From contig JBBDYJ010000002.1 in assembly GCA_040901675.1 (NCBI GenBank), positions 1 to 54,320 of the forward strand: 54,320 nucleotides of DNA. The letters run 5' to 3'. The notes below the pieces were generated by a model that was given only the letters and a program-made list of their open reading frames with translations, ran no database searches and was not told where the DNA came from. This document shows positions 19,597 through 29,866 of this stretch, piece by piece. Every line of letters starts with the position of its first letter. Position 1 is the first letter of the stretch. The position numbers were made by a program, and so were the translations under genes. The stretch comes from Pirellulales bacterium. GTDB lineage: Bacteria; Planctomycetota; Planctomycetia; Pirellulales; JAICIG01.

Positions 19597-21015
19597 TCAG
19601 AACAGCCCGAGCACCGGCCTCCCGGCGGTCACCGCGTGCGGCCGAGCAAGCTGATCCGGCACGAACGTCTCGCCCGACACGCCGAAGGCGTGCAAAATCG
19701 TGGCCGCGAAATCGTCCGGGCTGACCGGCAAGTCCTTCACGAAGGCACCGACCTTGTCGCTCGCCCCGTAGACCTGGCCGCCGCAAACGCCGCCGCCCGC
19801 CAGCAACTGCGTGTAGCACGGCGCCCAGTGGTCGCGCCCCGCGGTGGCGTTGATCTGGGGCGTCCGGCCGAACTCGCCGGCCACGGCCACCAACGTTTCG
19901 TCGAGCAGGCCCCGCTGGCCAAGGTCCTCGAGCAGGGCCGAAAAAGCCCGATCGAACGAGGGGCAGCAATAATCGTGCTTCAGCATGTCGAGGCCGGTCC
20001 GCGCCCCGCCGACGCCGCACACGTCGGTCGCCACGCCATGATTGTCCCACAGGTTGAACTGGCACCCCTTGTCGTCGAAGAACGTCCAGAACGCGTTCAC
20101 CACGCGCACCCCCGCCTCCACCAGCCGACGCGCCATGAGGAAGCTCTGCCCATACTCGTTGCGGCCATAGCGGTCGCGGGCCGCGGCGGGCTCCTGCTCC
20201 AGATCGAAGGCTTGCCGCGTGGCGCCGGAGCCGAGCATGGCGAAGGCCTTTTCATAGCAGTCCTCCAGACGCGGCCCCTGGGCGGGCGAAGCGGCCGGCT
20301 CGGATTGATTCGTCCGCACCAGCAGGTTGCGCCGGCCGGCAAGGCGGTCCTGGTCGACTCCCTCCGGCAGGCTCAGCGAGTCGAGCCGGACGGGCAGGTC
20401 CGAAAGCGAGGCCTTGGTCTCTTTGTCGAGCACGATCGGGTCGAAGGCGGCGCCCAAGAACCCCGCTGACTGCCCCTTGTAGGGTGGGCTGTACGTGGTA
20501 AATGGCCGCGGCAACACGACCCACGGGGGCATCTCGCCGCAGCCGCCCAGCTCGCGGTGCAGGATCGCGCCCAGGCCGGGGTGGTCCTGCCGCGAGACGT
20601 AGAAGTCGCCGGGCCGCGCCGGCAGTTGCCCCAGCAGCGTGTGTACGATGCCGCCGTCGTGATTGTTGTCGCCATGGGTCATCGAGCGGACCAGGGCCAG
20701 CTTGTCGGCGTGGCGGGCGACCTGGGGCAGCAGTTCGCCGAAGCGGATGCCCGGCACGTTGGTCTCGATGGGCGAGAACACGCTGCGGATGCCTTCCGGC
20801 GCGTCGGGCTTGAGGTCCCACAAGTCATTTTGCGACGGCCCGCCGCAGAGGAAAATGAAAATGCAGTTGCGTGCCTTGGCGTTGCGCGGCCGTTCGCCGG
20901 CCGCCTCCGCCAAGAGCAGCCTCGGCAGCGACAGGCCCGCCAGGCCAAGCCCGCCCATCTTCAGCAGCCTGCGGCGGCTGGCGCGCTGCGTATTTGCGGC
21001 GGCAATAAGCTGCAT
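19597..21015 (-). CDS. DUF1501 family protein
   Basis: SRRRLL, GGPSQNDLWDLKP, ARRLVEAGV, WDNH, GEFGRTP, GRDHW. Confidence 0.92.
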   Translation of the reverse strand: MQLIAAANTQRASRRRLLKMGGLGLAGLSLPRLLLAEAAGERPRNAKARNCIFIFLCGGPSQNDLWDLKPDAPEGIRSVFSPIETNVPGIRFGELLPQVARHADKLALVRSMTHGDNNHDGGIVHTLLGQLPARPGDFYVSRQDHPGLGAILHRELGGCGEMPPWVVLPRPFTTYSPPYKGQSAGFLGAAFDPIVLDKETKASLSDLPVRLDSLSLPEGVDQDRLAGRRNLLVRTNQSEPAASPAQGPRLEDCYEKAFAMLGSGATRQAFDLEQEPAAARDRYGRNEYGQSFLMARRLVEAGVRVVNAFWTFFDDKGCQFNLWDNHGVATDVCGVGGARTGLDMLKHDYCCPSFDRAFSALLEDLGQRGLLDETLVAVAGEFGRTPQINATAGRDHWAPCYTQLLAGGGVCGGQVYGASDKVGAFVKDLPVSPDDFAATILHAFGVSGETFVPDQLARPHAVTAGRPVLGLF

Positions 21016-21244
21016 CGTAGCTCCACCAGGCGACAAGCGGCTGCCCGCCTCAATCTACCCATCCTGGCCACCGGCGACAAGTTTTACCGCATGCCCCTTG
21101 GGTGCCACTGCTTGAAGACAGCCGGCCTGGCCGGCTGTCGAGAAGCAGTGCTCGTCCGGGAGTGCCCCTCGAATGCCCGACCAGCCGACGATCCCGCTCA
21201 GGCCCCGAACTTCCCGGCGGCTGATGTCCTGCTATCCTGCATGT

Positions 21245-22276
21245 ATGGTTGCAAACCGAATCACCGTGGTCATCGCCGCCGCCACGATACTTTGGGCCGC
21301 CAACATGGCCTGGGCTCAGATGGGCCTGACGCTGACGAGCCTGGAGTGGCTGGTGGCCGACGCGGACGTCGTGCTGCGGGGATCGATTGCTGATGTCTCG
21401 CGCGAGGAGCCCGACGAGCAATGGGTCTGGATGCATGTCACGCTCAAAGTGGACGAAACCCTGAAGGGGCGCCCTGAAAAATCAGTGACCTTTGCGATCC
21501 GGACCATCGACGGTGATCAGCGCTACCAGCAATGGCAGGCCGCCAGGCAGCAGCAGTTGTGGTTTTTCGTCTATAACAAGCCGCGCACCGGCGAGCTGCC
21601 TTCGAAAGACAACGCGGCCGAGGCTCGCCACCGCCTCAAGCCAAACGGCTCTATGATCCGGCTGGGTGAAGCCGTGCCCGACGAAACTTCATTCAGCAAA
21701 CTGCCGCCACCGATCCTTACCATGGATCTCTATGCACTGGAGGCAGCGGACGAAATCCTTGAGGCCGCCCGGAAGGCAGCGGGCCAACGAGGCAAGCGAA
21801 ACCCAGTTCGATCCCATGCCATCTGGCTGCCGCGGAGCATAGCCCAACGCTCAGGTAGCAGTGGCGACATCAACCACCTCGTCGTGCCGGCGGATCATCG
21901 CCTGGAAGCCCTGGCTCGGCGATTGATCGAGACGCCAAACGGCTTCCTGCGGCCAGAACCGGCAGTCCGGCCGGAGCCAGACAACGATCCCGGCAGACGT
22001 TCGGCGTGGTTCGACGCCAACAGCAACCTGCTCCGCGCCGAAGGGGTCAAGGCTTTGCGACAATTCAAGTCGGACAGGAATATCGCACTTCTGTTACCGC
22101 TACTCGATGATCCCGCCTGGTCCTATCGAACCATCCAACGAGAAGACCGCCCGCCAGTACGCCACCGCGAGTACTATCTCAGGAAAGAGGCCTACTCGAC
22201 CTTGCGCCAATGGGGTGTCGATGTCAAAAAGCCCGTCTTGAAAGAGCGCGCGCCCGCCGAAAACGAGGCCTTCTGA
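21245..22276 (+). CDS. Secreted hypothetical protein
   Basis: Long ORF with a signal peptide (VVIAAATILWAANMAWA); no recognised domain. Confidence 0.6.
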   Translation: MVANRITVVIAAATILWAANMAWAQMGLTLTSLEWLVADADVVLRGSIADVSREEPDEQWVWMHVTLKVDETLKGRPEKSVTFAIRTIDGDQRYQQWQAARQQQLWFFVYNKPRTGELPSKDNAAEARHRLKPNGSMIRLGEAVPDETSFSKLPPPILTMDLYALEAADEILEAARKAAGQRGKRNPVRSHAIWLPRSIAQRSGSSGDINHLVVPADHRLEALARRLIETPNGFLRPEPAVRPEPDNDPGRRSAWFDANSNLLRAEGVKALRQFKSDRNIALLLPLLDDPAWSYRTIQREDRPPVRHREYYLRKEAYSTLRQWGVDVKKPVLKERAPAENEAF

Positions 22277-22475
22277 CCCGACGAGCGCCCCTCGCGACAC
22301 GCCGGAACCGCGGGCAGCCGGGGCCGTGGTTGACACTCAACCTGGTGCTCCAGCAGGACCTGACCGTGCCCCTGGTCCCTGTCGGTTCTGCTTCAGCCAG
22401 GGCCTGCCCGCGTCCGATGAACCGTTAAGGTTTGCCCTTTCGGAATCATCGGCCGCCTTGACCAATTCGCCGCCA

Positions 22476-24791
22476 ATGCCAGTGCGTATCGCCGTCGCCG
22501 CCCTGGTCCTGCTAGCGTGGCCGGGCACGGGCACCGCGCAGCCGGCCGCCCGGCCTGCCGTACCAGGCGTGAGCCGGACTCAAATCGAGTCGGAGCAAAA
22601 CGGCACACAGCCCGACGGGACTGGCGAGGATGACGACGAGCCCCTCTTGCCGCCGGTGATCGTGCGCCCGCAAACCGAAGCGGCCGCCGATGGCCCACCG
22701 GCCGAAGCGCCCGCGCCGGCCGAAGCGCCCAGCCGCGGTCCGTTCGACCAGCCGCTCAGCTATCCACGGCTGTCCGAGCAAGTCTTCGAAGGCCTCAACT
22801 CCGCGACGCGCGGCGACGAGTCGCTGTTCGACACGCCCTCGCTGGGAACTATCATCGACCGCGCCCAACTGGCCGAGCGCCAGCCACAGGACATGTTCCA
22901 GGCCCTCCAGCAGGAGGTGGGCGTGCTGGTGCAGCAGACCGCGCGCGGCCAGGCCTCGCCGTTTGTTCGCGGGCTCACCGGCCAGCAGGTCCTGATCCTG
23001 GTCGACGGCATTCGCCTCAACAACTCGACGTTCCGATCGGGCGCCAACCAATACTTCAACACCATCGATCCCGGCCAGGTCGAGCGGATCGAGGTCCTCC
23101 GCGGCCCGCAGTCCGCCCTCTGGGGCTCCGATGCCATCGGCGGAGTGATCAACATCGTCACCCGCGGCGCCGATCCTCTGACCTGCGACTACCTGGGCGG
23201 CTCCTTCGTCGAATACTTCAGCACGGCCGACTCCGGCTCGTACAGCCGCGTGAACGCGGAGGGCTGGCTGGGCAGCGGCGGCTATTTCGCCGGCGGCAGT
23301 TACCTGAACGTCAACGACCTCGATCGGGGCGGCGACCTGGGCCGCCAGCCGTTCACCGGCTACGACCAGTACGCCGGCGACGTCAAGATCGACCGTCTGA
23401 TCGACGACTGGACGATGCTCACGATCGCCCTGGCGCACTTCGAGCAGGACAACGTGCCCCGCAGCGACCGCTTCGCCCCCTTCGTCTTCGGGCCGCCGGC
23501 GGGCACCCCGCGGCCGACGTTTTTCGATCCGCAGCAGCGCGACCTGGCCTACATCCGGCTGCAAGGCCTGGACCTGGCAAGCTGGATCGACGGCTACACT
23601 TTCACCGCCTCGTACTCGCGGCAGAAAGAAGGCTCGCGCGAGATCCGCAGTCCCACGCGCATCGAAGCCGGCGATTTCGACGTCGACACGGCCGGCTTCA
23701 CCATGCTGTTTGCCACCGAGTTCGGCTCGCTGGGCCGGCTCACGTACGGCGCCGACTGGTACCACGACGACGTCGATGCCTTTCGCAACCGCATCAATCC
23801 CACCACCGGCTCGGTCACGCCCATCACGCCGCAGTTCCCCGACGACAGCTTCTATGAGCGGGTCGGCACGTTCATTCAATGGGATGCGCCGCTCACCGAG
23901 CGGTTGAACCTGCTGGTCGGCACCCGCTACGAGAACATCGACCTGGCCGCCACGCCCCTGGTCCGCGTCGATCCGCCGGGCCCCGATCCGGCCTTCGACG
24001 TGCCGACGCACATCTCCCCCAGCTTCCACGATTGGACCGCCAGCGCCGGCCTGGTGTACGAAGCCAGCCAGCACCTGCACCTGGTCGGATCGGTCTCCGA
24101 AGGCTTCCGCGCGCCTAACCTCGACGACCTGGTGGCCACCAACACGCTGGTCCAGCAAGCCGGCCAGGATCTGCCCAGCATCGCTTTGGGTCCCGAGCAC
24201 GCCTTGACCTACGAGGTCGGCCTCAAGCTCGACACGCCCCGCCTCCGCAGCCAGGCCTTTGTCTTCTGGACCGACCTGGACGACAACATCGTCCGCACGC
24301 CGGTCGACGAAGGCTTGTTCCAGCGGGCCAACCAGGACTCCTACATCAACGGGGCCGAGTGGTACGGCGAGTACCTGCTCACGCGCGGCTGGAGCATGTA
24401 CGGCAACTTCGCCTACACGTACGGCGTCAACCTTGTCACCGATTCGCCTTTGAGCCGGATCCCGCCCACGCAGGGCGTGCTCGGCCTGCGCTGGCGCGAC
24501 GCCGGCCGCCGGCACTGGTTCGACGCCTACGCCTGGCTGGTCCGCGACCAGGACCGGCTGAACTTCCAGGACCTCACCGACGCTCGCATCCCCCTGGGAG
24601 GCACGCCCGGCTTTCAAACCTTCAACCTGCGGATGGGCACCAGGCTGGGCGATGGGGCCGGCCACCGCGGGGCCGGCCACCTCGTCAGTCTGACGTTGGA
24701 AAACATCTTCGACCAGGCGTATCGCGTTCACGGCTCCGGCGTCGACGGCCCCGGCTTCAACGCCATCTTCGGCTACACCAGCCTCTTCTAG
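22476..24791 (+). CDS. TonB-dependent receptor
   Basis: Plug motifs VRGL...VDG and ERIEVLRGPQSALWGSDAIGGVINI, GFRAPNLDDL, C-terminal F. Confidence 0.92.
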   Translation: MPVRIAVAALVLLAWPGTGTAQPAARPAVPGVSRTQIESEQNGTQPDGTGEDDDEPLLPPVIVRPQTEAAADGPPAEAPAPAEAPSRGPFDQPLSYPRLSEQVFEGLNSATRGDESLFDTPSLGTIIDRAQLAERQPQDMFQALQQEVGVLVQQTARGQASPFVRGLTGQQVLILVDGIRLNNSTFRSGANQYFNTIDPGQVERIEVLRGPQSALWGSDAIGGVINIVTRGADPLTCDYLGGSFVEYFSTADSGSYSRVNAEGWLGSGGYFAGGSYLNVNDLDRGGDLGRQPFTGYDQYAGDVKIDRLIDDWTMLTIALAHFEQDNVPRSDRFAPFVFGPPAGTPRPTFFDPQQRDLAYIRLQGLDLASWIDGYTFTASYSRQKEGSREIRSPTRIEAGDFDVDTAGFTMLFATEFGSLGRLTYGADWYHDDVDAFRNRINPTTGSVTPITPQFPDDSFYERVGTFIQWDAPLTERLNLLVGTRYENIDLAATPLVRVDPPGPDPAFDVPTHISPSFHDWTASAGLVYEASQHLHLVGSVSEGFRAPNLDDLVATNTLVQQAGQDLPSIALGPEHALTYEVGLKLDTPRLRSQAFVFWTDLDDNIVRTPVDEGLFQRANQDSYINGAEWYGEYLLTRGWSMYGNFAYTYGVNLVTDSPLSRIPPTQGVLGLRWRDAGRRHWFDAYAWLVRDQDRLNFQDLTDARIPLGGTPGFQTFNLRMGTRLGDGAGHRGAGHLVSLTLENIFDQAYRVHGSGVDGPGFNAIFGYTSLF

Positions 24792-25261
24792 ATCTCCCTA
24801 TAGTAGCAGGCACACTCCGTGTGCCGTCCGCCTTAAGTAGCAGGCACACTCCGTGTGCCGTCCGCCTGTGCTTCAACTCCGCCTCCGGGTGGCTGGGGCA
24901 AAGCGTTAGCGTGCCCCAGTCAGTAGTTCTACTGTAGTAGCCTGTAGTAGCCGGAGTCTTGATCTTTGTCCTATGGACTTGGCCTTGTCCTTCCACCCAG
25001 GCTGCAACTCCGCCTCCGGCGGACCTTCCGTCCCCCCGTCGCCTCGTCCCCCCGTCGCCTCGTCCCCCCGTCGCCTCGTCCCCCCGTCGCCTTGTCCCCC
25101 CGTCCCCTTGTCGATTCTTCCTCCCTCCTCCTTCCTCCTTCCTCCTTCCTCCCTCTGCCCTCTGCCTTCCTCCTTCCTCCTTCCGCGCCCCCTTCCCCCG
25201 AATGTATACTTAAACAGTCGCTCCCTACCCCCGCTCTGCTCCATCAGCCGAAGCATCGCAC

Positions 25262-26041
25262 TTGTCGTCCTCCCGCCTCAAGCCTTCCGTCCCGACTTTC
25301 GCCGCCCAACGCCGGCGGCTCGGCGCAGCACTTGCCATTTCGGCCGGACTGCACCTCGCGGGACTGACGGCGCTTGCCATGCGGGTCGACGTGCGGCCCC
25401 AAGCTCCCGCGTTGTTCGGCGTGAAGACGGTCGCCAGCCTGCAGGTCCGCTTTGCCGAGGCACTGCTCGACGCGCCCCGCACCGAGGTCGGGCTGGAAGA
25501 GGTGGTGCTCGTCACGCCCCGGCTGGCTCGCGTGGCGCGGCAGCACTTTATCGAGATGCCCACCCGCCCGCCGCAGCACGACGGCCTGCCGCTACGCCCC
25601 GCTCTGCCGCCCCCGGCCCCCATCCAGCGTGCCGCCGACGCCGGCCTGCTCGAAGCCGATGCGCCGCTCGCCGCGCTCGACGAAGCGCAAATCCCCCGGC
25701 GGGTCGCCGAAGCCGCTCCCAGGGCATATGCCTCCGCGGCCATGGTCCAGGCAATCGGCAACGAACCGCATGAGCTGCCCCGGCCGCTCGACAACATGCC
25801 GCCCGTTTATCCGGCCGAGGCCCAACGCAACGGCTGGCAGGGAACCGTTGTGCTCCGCGTCCGAGTGGCCGCGTCCGGACGCGTGAGCGCCGTCTCCGTT
25901 GCTTCGTCCAGCGGCCACACACTGCTCGACGCCGCCGCGGCATCGGCCGTCAGGCAGTGGCGATTTCGACCGGCGCGGCGGGGCGGCCTTCCGGTGGAGA
26001 CCAGCGTGCGGCTGCCCGTTAAATTCGAGTTGCCCCCGTAA
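25262..26041 (+). CDS. tonB: TonB family energy transducer
   Basis: N-terminal TM with His; PVYP...GTVVLRV...SSG..LD.AA..AV..WRF.PA. Confidence 0.85.
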   Translation: MSSSRLKPSVPTFAAQRRRLGAALAISAGLHLAGLTALAMRVDVRPQAPALFGVKTVASLQVRFAEALLDAPRTEVGLEEVVLVTPRLARVARQHFIEMPTRPPQHDGLPLRPALPPPAPIQRAADAGLLEADAPLAALDEAQIPRRVAEAAPRAYASAAMVQAIGNEPHELPRPLDNMPPVYPAEAQRNGWQGTVVLRVRVAASGRVSAVSVASSSGHTLLDAAAASAVRQWRFRPARRGGLPVETSVRLPVKFELPP

Positions 26042-26198
26042 CATAGGTTTCCAGCCTGTGTCACCGTAACATAGGCTTCCAGCCTGTCCCCACCGTAAGA
26101 TAGGCTTCCAGCCTGTGTCACCGTAGCATAGGCTTCCAGCCTGTCGCCACCGTAAGATAGGCTTCCAGCCTGTCAGTATCAGGTTAGGCTTCCAGCCT
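26036..26198 (+). repeat. Tandem 28-29 bp repeat CCGTAA(C/G)ATAGGCTTCCAGCCTGT, five copies plus a partial
   Basis: Directly visible; linkers are only 4-5 nt. Confidence 0.9.
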
Positions 26199-26224
26199 CT
26201 CCCCGATCTCCTAAAATAACCACG

Positions 26225-26893
26225 ATGATCGACTGGCGGCACGCTTTGGGCGACGTTCAACTTTGGCCGATCGTCTGGCTCTCGCTGCGGATTTCGGCGA
26301 CCTCCGTCCTCATCAGCGCGCTGGTCGGCATTCCGCTCGGCGTCTGGTTGGGGCTGGCCCGCTTTCGCCTCCGCGGCCTGGTGTCGGCCCTGGTCTACAC
26401 CGGCATGTCGCTGCCGCCCGTCGTCGTCGGCCTGGTGTTGTACCTGCTCCTCTCGCGCAGCGGCCCGCTGGCTTTCCTCGGCTGGTTGTTCACGCCCCGC
26501 GCGATGATCCTGGCCCAGATCATCCTCACGCTGCCCTTCGTCGTTGGCATCACCTCGACCGCGGTCGCCAGCCTCCCCGCCGAGCTCTTCCTGCAAGTAC
26601 GCAGCCTGGGCGCCAGCCGGCGGCAGGCCCGCTGGGCCCTGCTCCGCGAAGCCCGTCCCGGACTGGCGCTGGCCGTGGCCACCGCCTTGGGCCGCAGCAT
26701 TTCCGAAGTCGGCGCCGTGCTGATGGTCGGCGGCAATATCCAGGGACACACGCGCGTGCTCACCACGGCCATCGTGCTGGAGACCGGCAAAGGAGGTTTC
26801 GGCCTGGCCCTGGCTCTCGCCGGCGTGCTGCTGGCCATGGCCCTGACATTGAACCTGGTAATCCTGCGCCTGCACGGGCGGCCTTTGCCATGA
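26225..26893 (+). CDS. tupB: Tungstate ABC transporter permease
   Basis: LPPVVVGL, LSRSGPL, ISEVGAVLMVGGNI..TRVLTTAI. Confidence 0.88.
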   Translation: MIDWRHALGDVQLWPIVWLSLRISATSVLISALVGIPLGVWLGLARFRLRGLVSALVYTGMSLPPVVVGLVLYLLLSRSGPLAFLGWLFTPRAMILAQIILTLPFVVGITSTAVASLPAELFLQVRSLGASRRQARWALLREARPGLALAVATALGRSISEVGAVLMVGGNIQGHTRVLTTAIVLETGKGGFGLALALAGVLLAMALTLNLVILRLHGRPLP

Positions 26894-27615
26894 GCACCTG
26901 CTGCTATCGCCTCGGCGGCGTCAGCGTCCGGCACGGGCCGGCGTTCGCGCTGGAGGTAGGCGATCTGGAAATCCCTGCGGGAGAGGTCTTCTGCCTGGTT
27001 GGGCCGACCGGGGCCGGCAAGAGCACGCTGTTGCGGCTGTTGTCGCTGGTTCAGCCGGCGGGAACGGGGCAAGTGCACTTCTTCGATCAGCGGCTGAACG
27101 GCCAGGTGCCGCTGGCGGTTGAGCGCCGCGTGACCATGGTCTTTCAGCGGCCGCTATTGCTCTCCGGCACCGTGCGCCGCAGCATCGAGTACGCCCTGCG
27201 GCTCCGCGGCGCCGCCGGCCCAACACGGCGAGTGGACGAGGTGCTCGACCGGCTGGGCCTCACCGAGCTGGCGTCGCAGTCGACCGCCACGCTTTCGGGC
27301 GGCCAGACGCAACTGGTGGCGTTGGCCCGTGCCTTGGTGATCGAGCCCGAGGTGCTGCTGTTGGACGAGCCGACCGCCAACCTCGACCCGGCCCGCGTGG
27401 CCCTGGTCGAAGAAGCGGTCGGCCAGGCCAACCGCCAGCGGCGGATGACCGTGGTCTGGGCCACGCACAACCTCTTTCAGGCCCGCCGCGTCGCCGGCCG
27501 CGTCGGCCTGCTCTGGGAGGGAAAGCTGATCGAGGTCGCCCCCACCGAGACCTTTTTCAAGTCCCCCCGCGACCCCCGCACCGCCGCCTTCGTCGAAGGC
27601 AAGCTCGTCTACTGA
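26890..27615 (+). CDS. tupC: Tungstate ABC transporter ATPase
   Basis: GPTGAGKST, LSGG, LDEPTANLD; operonic position. Confidence 0.82.
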   Translation: MSTCCYRLGGVSVRHGPAFALEVGDLEIPAGEVFCLVGPTGAGKSTLLRLLSLVQPAGTGQVHFFDQRLNGQVPLAVERRVTMVFQRPLLLSGTVRRSIEYALRLRGAAGPTRRVDEVLDRLGLTELASQSTATLSGGQTQLVALARALVIEPEVLLLDEPTANLDPARVALVEEAVGQANRQRRMTVVWATHNLFQARRVAGRVGLLWEGKLIEVAPTETFFKSPRDPRTAAFVEGKLVY

Positions 27616-27631
27616 GGATGAAGGCAGAACG

Positions 27632-28654
27632 ATGAAGGCAGAAGGCAGAAGGAGGAAGGAGGAATCAGGACGAACGAGACTGGGGCACGCTACGACTCGA
27701 CTGAGCTCGCCGAAGTCCGCTTTGCCGCCAGCCACCCGACGTCTTCGTTCGCCTTGTCCCCTTGTCGCCTTGTCCCCTGGTCGTCTTCGTTCCGCTCGCC
27801 CCTTCCCCGACTCGACTGAGCTCGCCGAAGTCCGCTCCCCCCTTCCCCCCTTCCTTCTTCCCTTCCTTCTTCCTCTCCTGCTGCTCCCTCTCGGATGCAC
27901 CCAACCCGACGCGCCCGCCAAGACCCTGACGCTCGGCACCACGACCACCTTGCGCGACAGCGGCCTCTTGGACCTGCTGTTGCCGATGTTCGAGCGGCAG
28001 ACAGGCATTGAAGTTAAACCCATCGTGCAGGGCAGCGGCCACACGCTCGAACTGGCCCGCCGGGGCGACGCCGACGTGCTGCTCACGCACTCGCCCCAGG
28101 CGGAAGAAAAACTGGTCGCCGAAGGTTTCGGAATCTCCAGGCAGCCGGTCATGCACAGCGAGTTCGTGTTGCTGGGACCCGCCAGCGATCCAGCCGCGGT
28201 CAAAGAAACCTCGACCATCGCCGATGCCTTTGCCGCCATCGCCCGCCGCCAGGCGGCGTTCGTCTCACGCGGCGACGAGTCAGGCACCCACTTCAAGGAG
28301 CTCGAAATCTGGCGCGTCGCAGGCGTCACTCCCCAGCACAAGTGGTACCTCCAGGCCGGCAGCGGCATGGCCGAGACCTTGCGCATCGCCGACGACCGCC
28401 AGGCCTACGTCCTGAGCGAGCGGGCCACGTACCTTACCGAGCGGAACAACTCCTCCTTGGCCCTTCTCTCCGAAGGCGACGAGCTGCTGGTGAATCCCTA
28501 CAGCGTCATCGTGGTCAATCCGGCCAGGCATCCGCATGTCCACGCCGAGGCGGCCGACAGCTTCGCCCGCTTCCTCCGCTCGGCCGAGGCCCGCCAGGCG
28601 ATCTCCACGTTCGGCCTCGATCGCTTCGGCCAACCGCTGTTCGTGCCAGACTGA
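27632..28654 (+). CDS. tupA: Tungstate-binding lipoprotein (start uncertain)
   Basis: TTTTLRDSGLL, SRGDESGTH, GSGMAETL; LGC lipobox. Confidence 0.88.
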   Translation: MKAEGRRRKEESGRTRLGHATTRLSSPKSALPPATRRLRSPCPLVALSPGRLRSARPFPDSTELAEVRSPLPPFLLPFLLPLLLLPLGCTQPDAPAKTLTLGTTTTLRDSGLLDLLLPMFERQTGIEVKPIVQGSGHTLELARRGDADVLLTHSPQAEEKLVAEGFGISRQPVMHSEFVLLGPASDPAAVKETSTIADAFAAIARRQAAFVSRGDESGTHFKELEIWRVAGVTPQHKWYLQAGSGMAETLRIADDRQAYVLSERATYLTERNNSSLALLSEGDELLVNPYSVIVVNPARHPHVHAEAADSFARFLRSAEARQAISTFGLDRFGQPLFVPD

Positions 28655-28661
28655 ACGGGCA

Positions 28662-28760
28662 GTTGCTGGTTGCTGGTTGCTAGTTGCTGGTTGCTGGTTG
28701 CTAGTTGCTGGTTGCTGGTTGCTGGTTGCTGGTTGCTGGTTGCTGGTTGCTAGTTGCTAG
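28662..28760 (+). repeat. Heptamer tandem repeat GTTGCT(G/A), about 14 copies
   Basis: Directly visible between convergent genes. Confidence 0.95.
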
Positions 28761-29512
28761 TCCGGCACGTACCGGAAGCGGATCGGCACCAGCACCGAGC
28801 ATGGCACGGCCGCGCCGCCCCGCTGGGCCGGACGAAACCGCCATTGCTCGACCGCGTCCAGGGCCGCCCCATCCAGCGAGCGCAATCCGCTCGAGCGGGC
28901 CAAGCGGATCGAGCGCACCGTCCCCTCGGCGCTCACGCCCACCCGCAGCAGCACCAGCCCCTGGCGGCCTGCCGCCAGGTCGCCGGCCGGATAGCGGGGC
29001 GGCCGATTCGATTCGACCGGGACCGGCACCTCGTCCACGTCCGCTCCCTCGGAGGCCGACGACGAGGCCGTGTCGACTCCCTGGCCCTGCTCCGCGTCGG
29101 CCGCCTGCTTCGCAATCTCCGCCGCACCCGGCACGCGCTCCAGCGCCGCTTGCCACGATTCCACGGCAACCGATCCCGGCGCAGCCTCCGGCACTTCGGC
29201 CCGCTCGAACGCGGGCGGCGGCGACGCTTCGGCCGGTACTGCCGTCACAACGTCCGGCAGCCTCTCGGCATCGAGCGCCGGCGAGAGTTTTTCGACTTCC
29301 GTCACGCTGCGGGGGGCTTCCGGAGCCAACTCCACCTCCGTTCCTCGTTCACGCCGCGCGGCCGGCTCGCGAAAGGCGGCCGCCAGCGACACTGCCGCCG
29401 GTCCTCGATGAACGGCCAGCGGTTCGGCGGCTTCGTCCGCATAGATGCTCAACCAGCCCAGCAAGCCCGCATGGAGCATTCCACTCAGCAAGTAAGCAAC
29501 CGCAACACGCAT
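28757..29512 (-). CDS. tonB: Second TonB family protein
   Basis: TM SGMLHAGLL; PRYP...GLVLLRV...SSG..LD.AA..AV..WRF.PA. Confidence 0.85.
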   Translation of the reverse strand: MRVAVAYLLSGMLHAGLLGWLSIYADEAAEPLAVHRGPAAVSLAAAFREPAARRERGTEVELAPEAPRSVTEVEKLSPALDAERLPDVVTAVPAEASPPPAFERAEVPEAAPGSVAVESWQAALERVPGAAEIAKQAADAEQGQGVDTASSSASEGADVDEVPVPVESNRPPRYPAGDLAAGRQGLVLLRVGVSAEGTVRSIRLARSSGLRSLDGAALDAVEQWRFRPAQRGGAAVPCSVLVPIRFRYVPD

Positions 29513-29866
29513 CGTGCAGATTTTCGCGTTTGGATTACGAAGCCCCCAGCCTACAGCCTCCAGCCTCCCGCCTCCAGCCTGCCTTCCATTCATCGCCCGG
29601 AGGGCGGGCGATAGTTGCCAGGGACTTCAGTCCCTGGTGATGAGCCTCACCCATTTCCTTTTCCGCCCGCAGGGCGGACGGAGGGGCAGTCAACTTCCCT
29701 ATGCGGAACCTTCCTCCTGTGCTGCAAGTCCGCCTTCGGCGGAACCAATGACCAATGACCAATGACCTCTGGCCTCTGCCTTCCCTCCCTCCTTCCCAAG
29801 CCCCTCACTCCCAGTTAGATTGTCTAGACGATAGTCGCTGCCTACCCGCACGGCCCTGGACTTCGC

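Noticed and set aside
22309..22412. Hairpin upstream of the TonB receptor as SRP RNA or cobalamin riboswitch
   Set aside because: The minus-strand GTCAGGTCC lacks the GNRA loop and AGCAG of SRP, and no B12-box motifs are present
26036..26198. Regular 28-29 bp repeat as a possible CRISPR
   Set aside because: Linkers are only 4-5 nt, so there are no spacers
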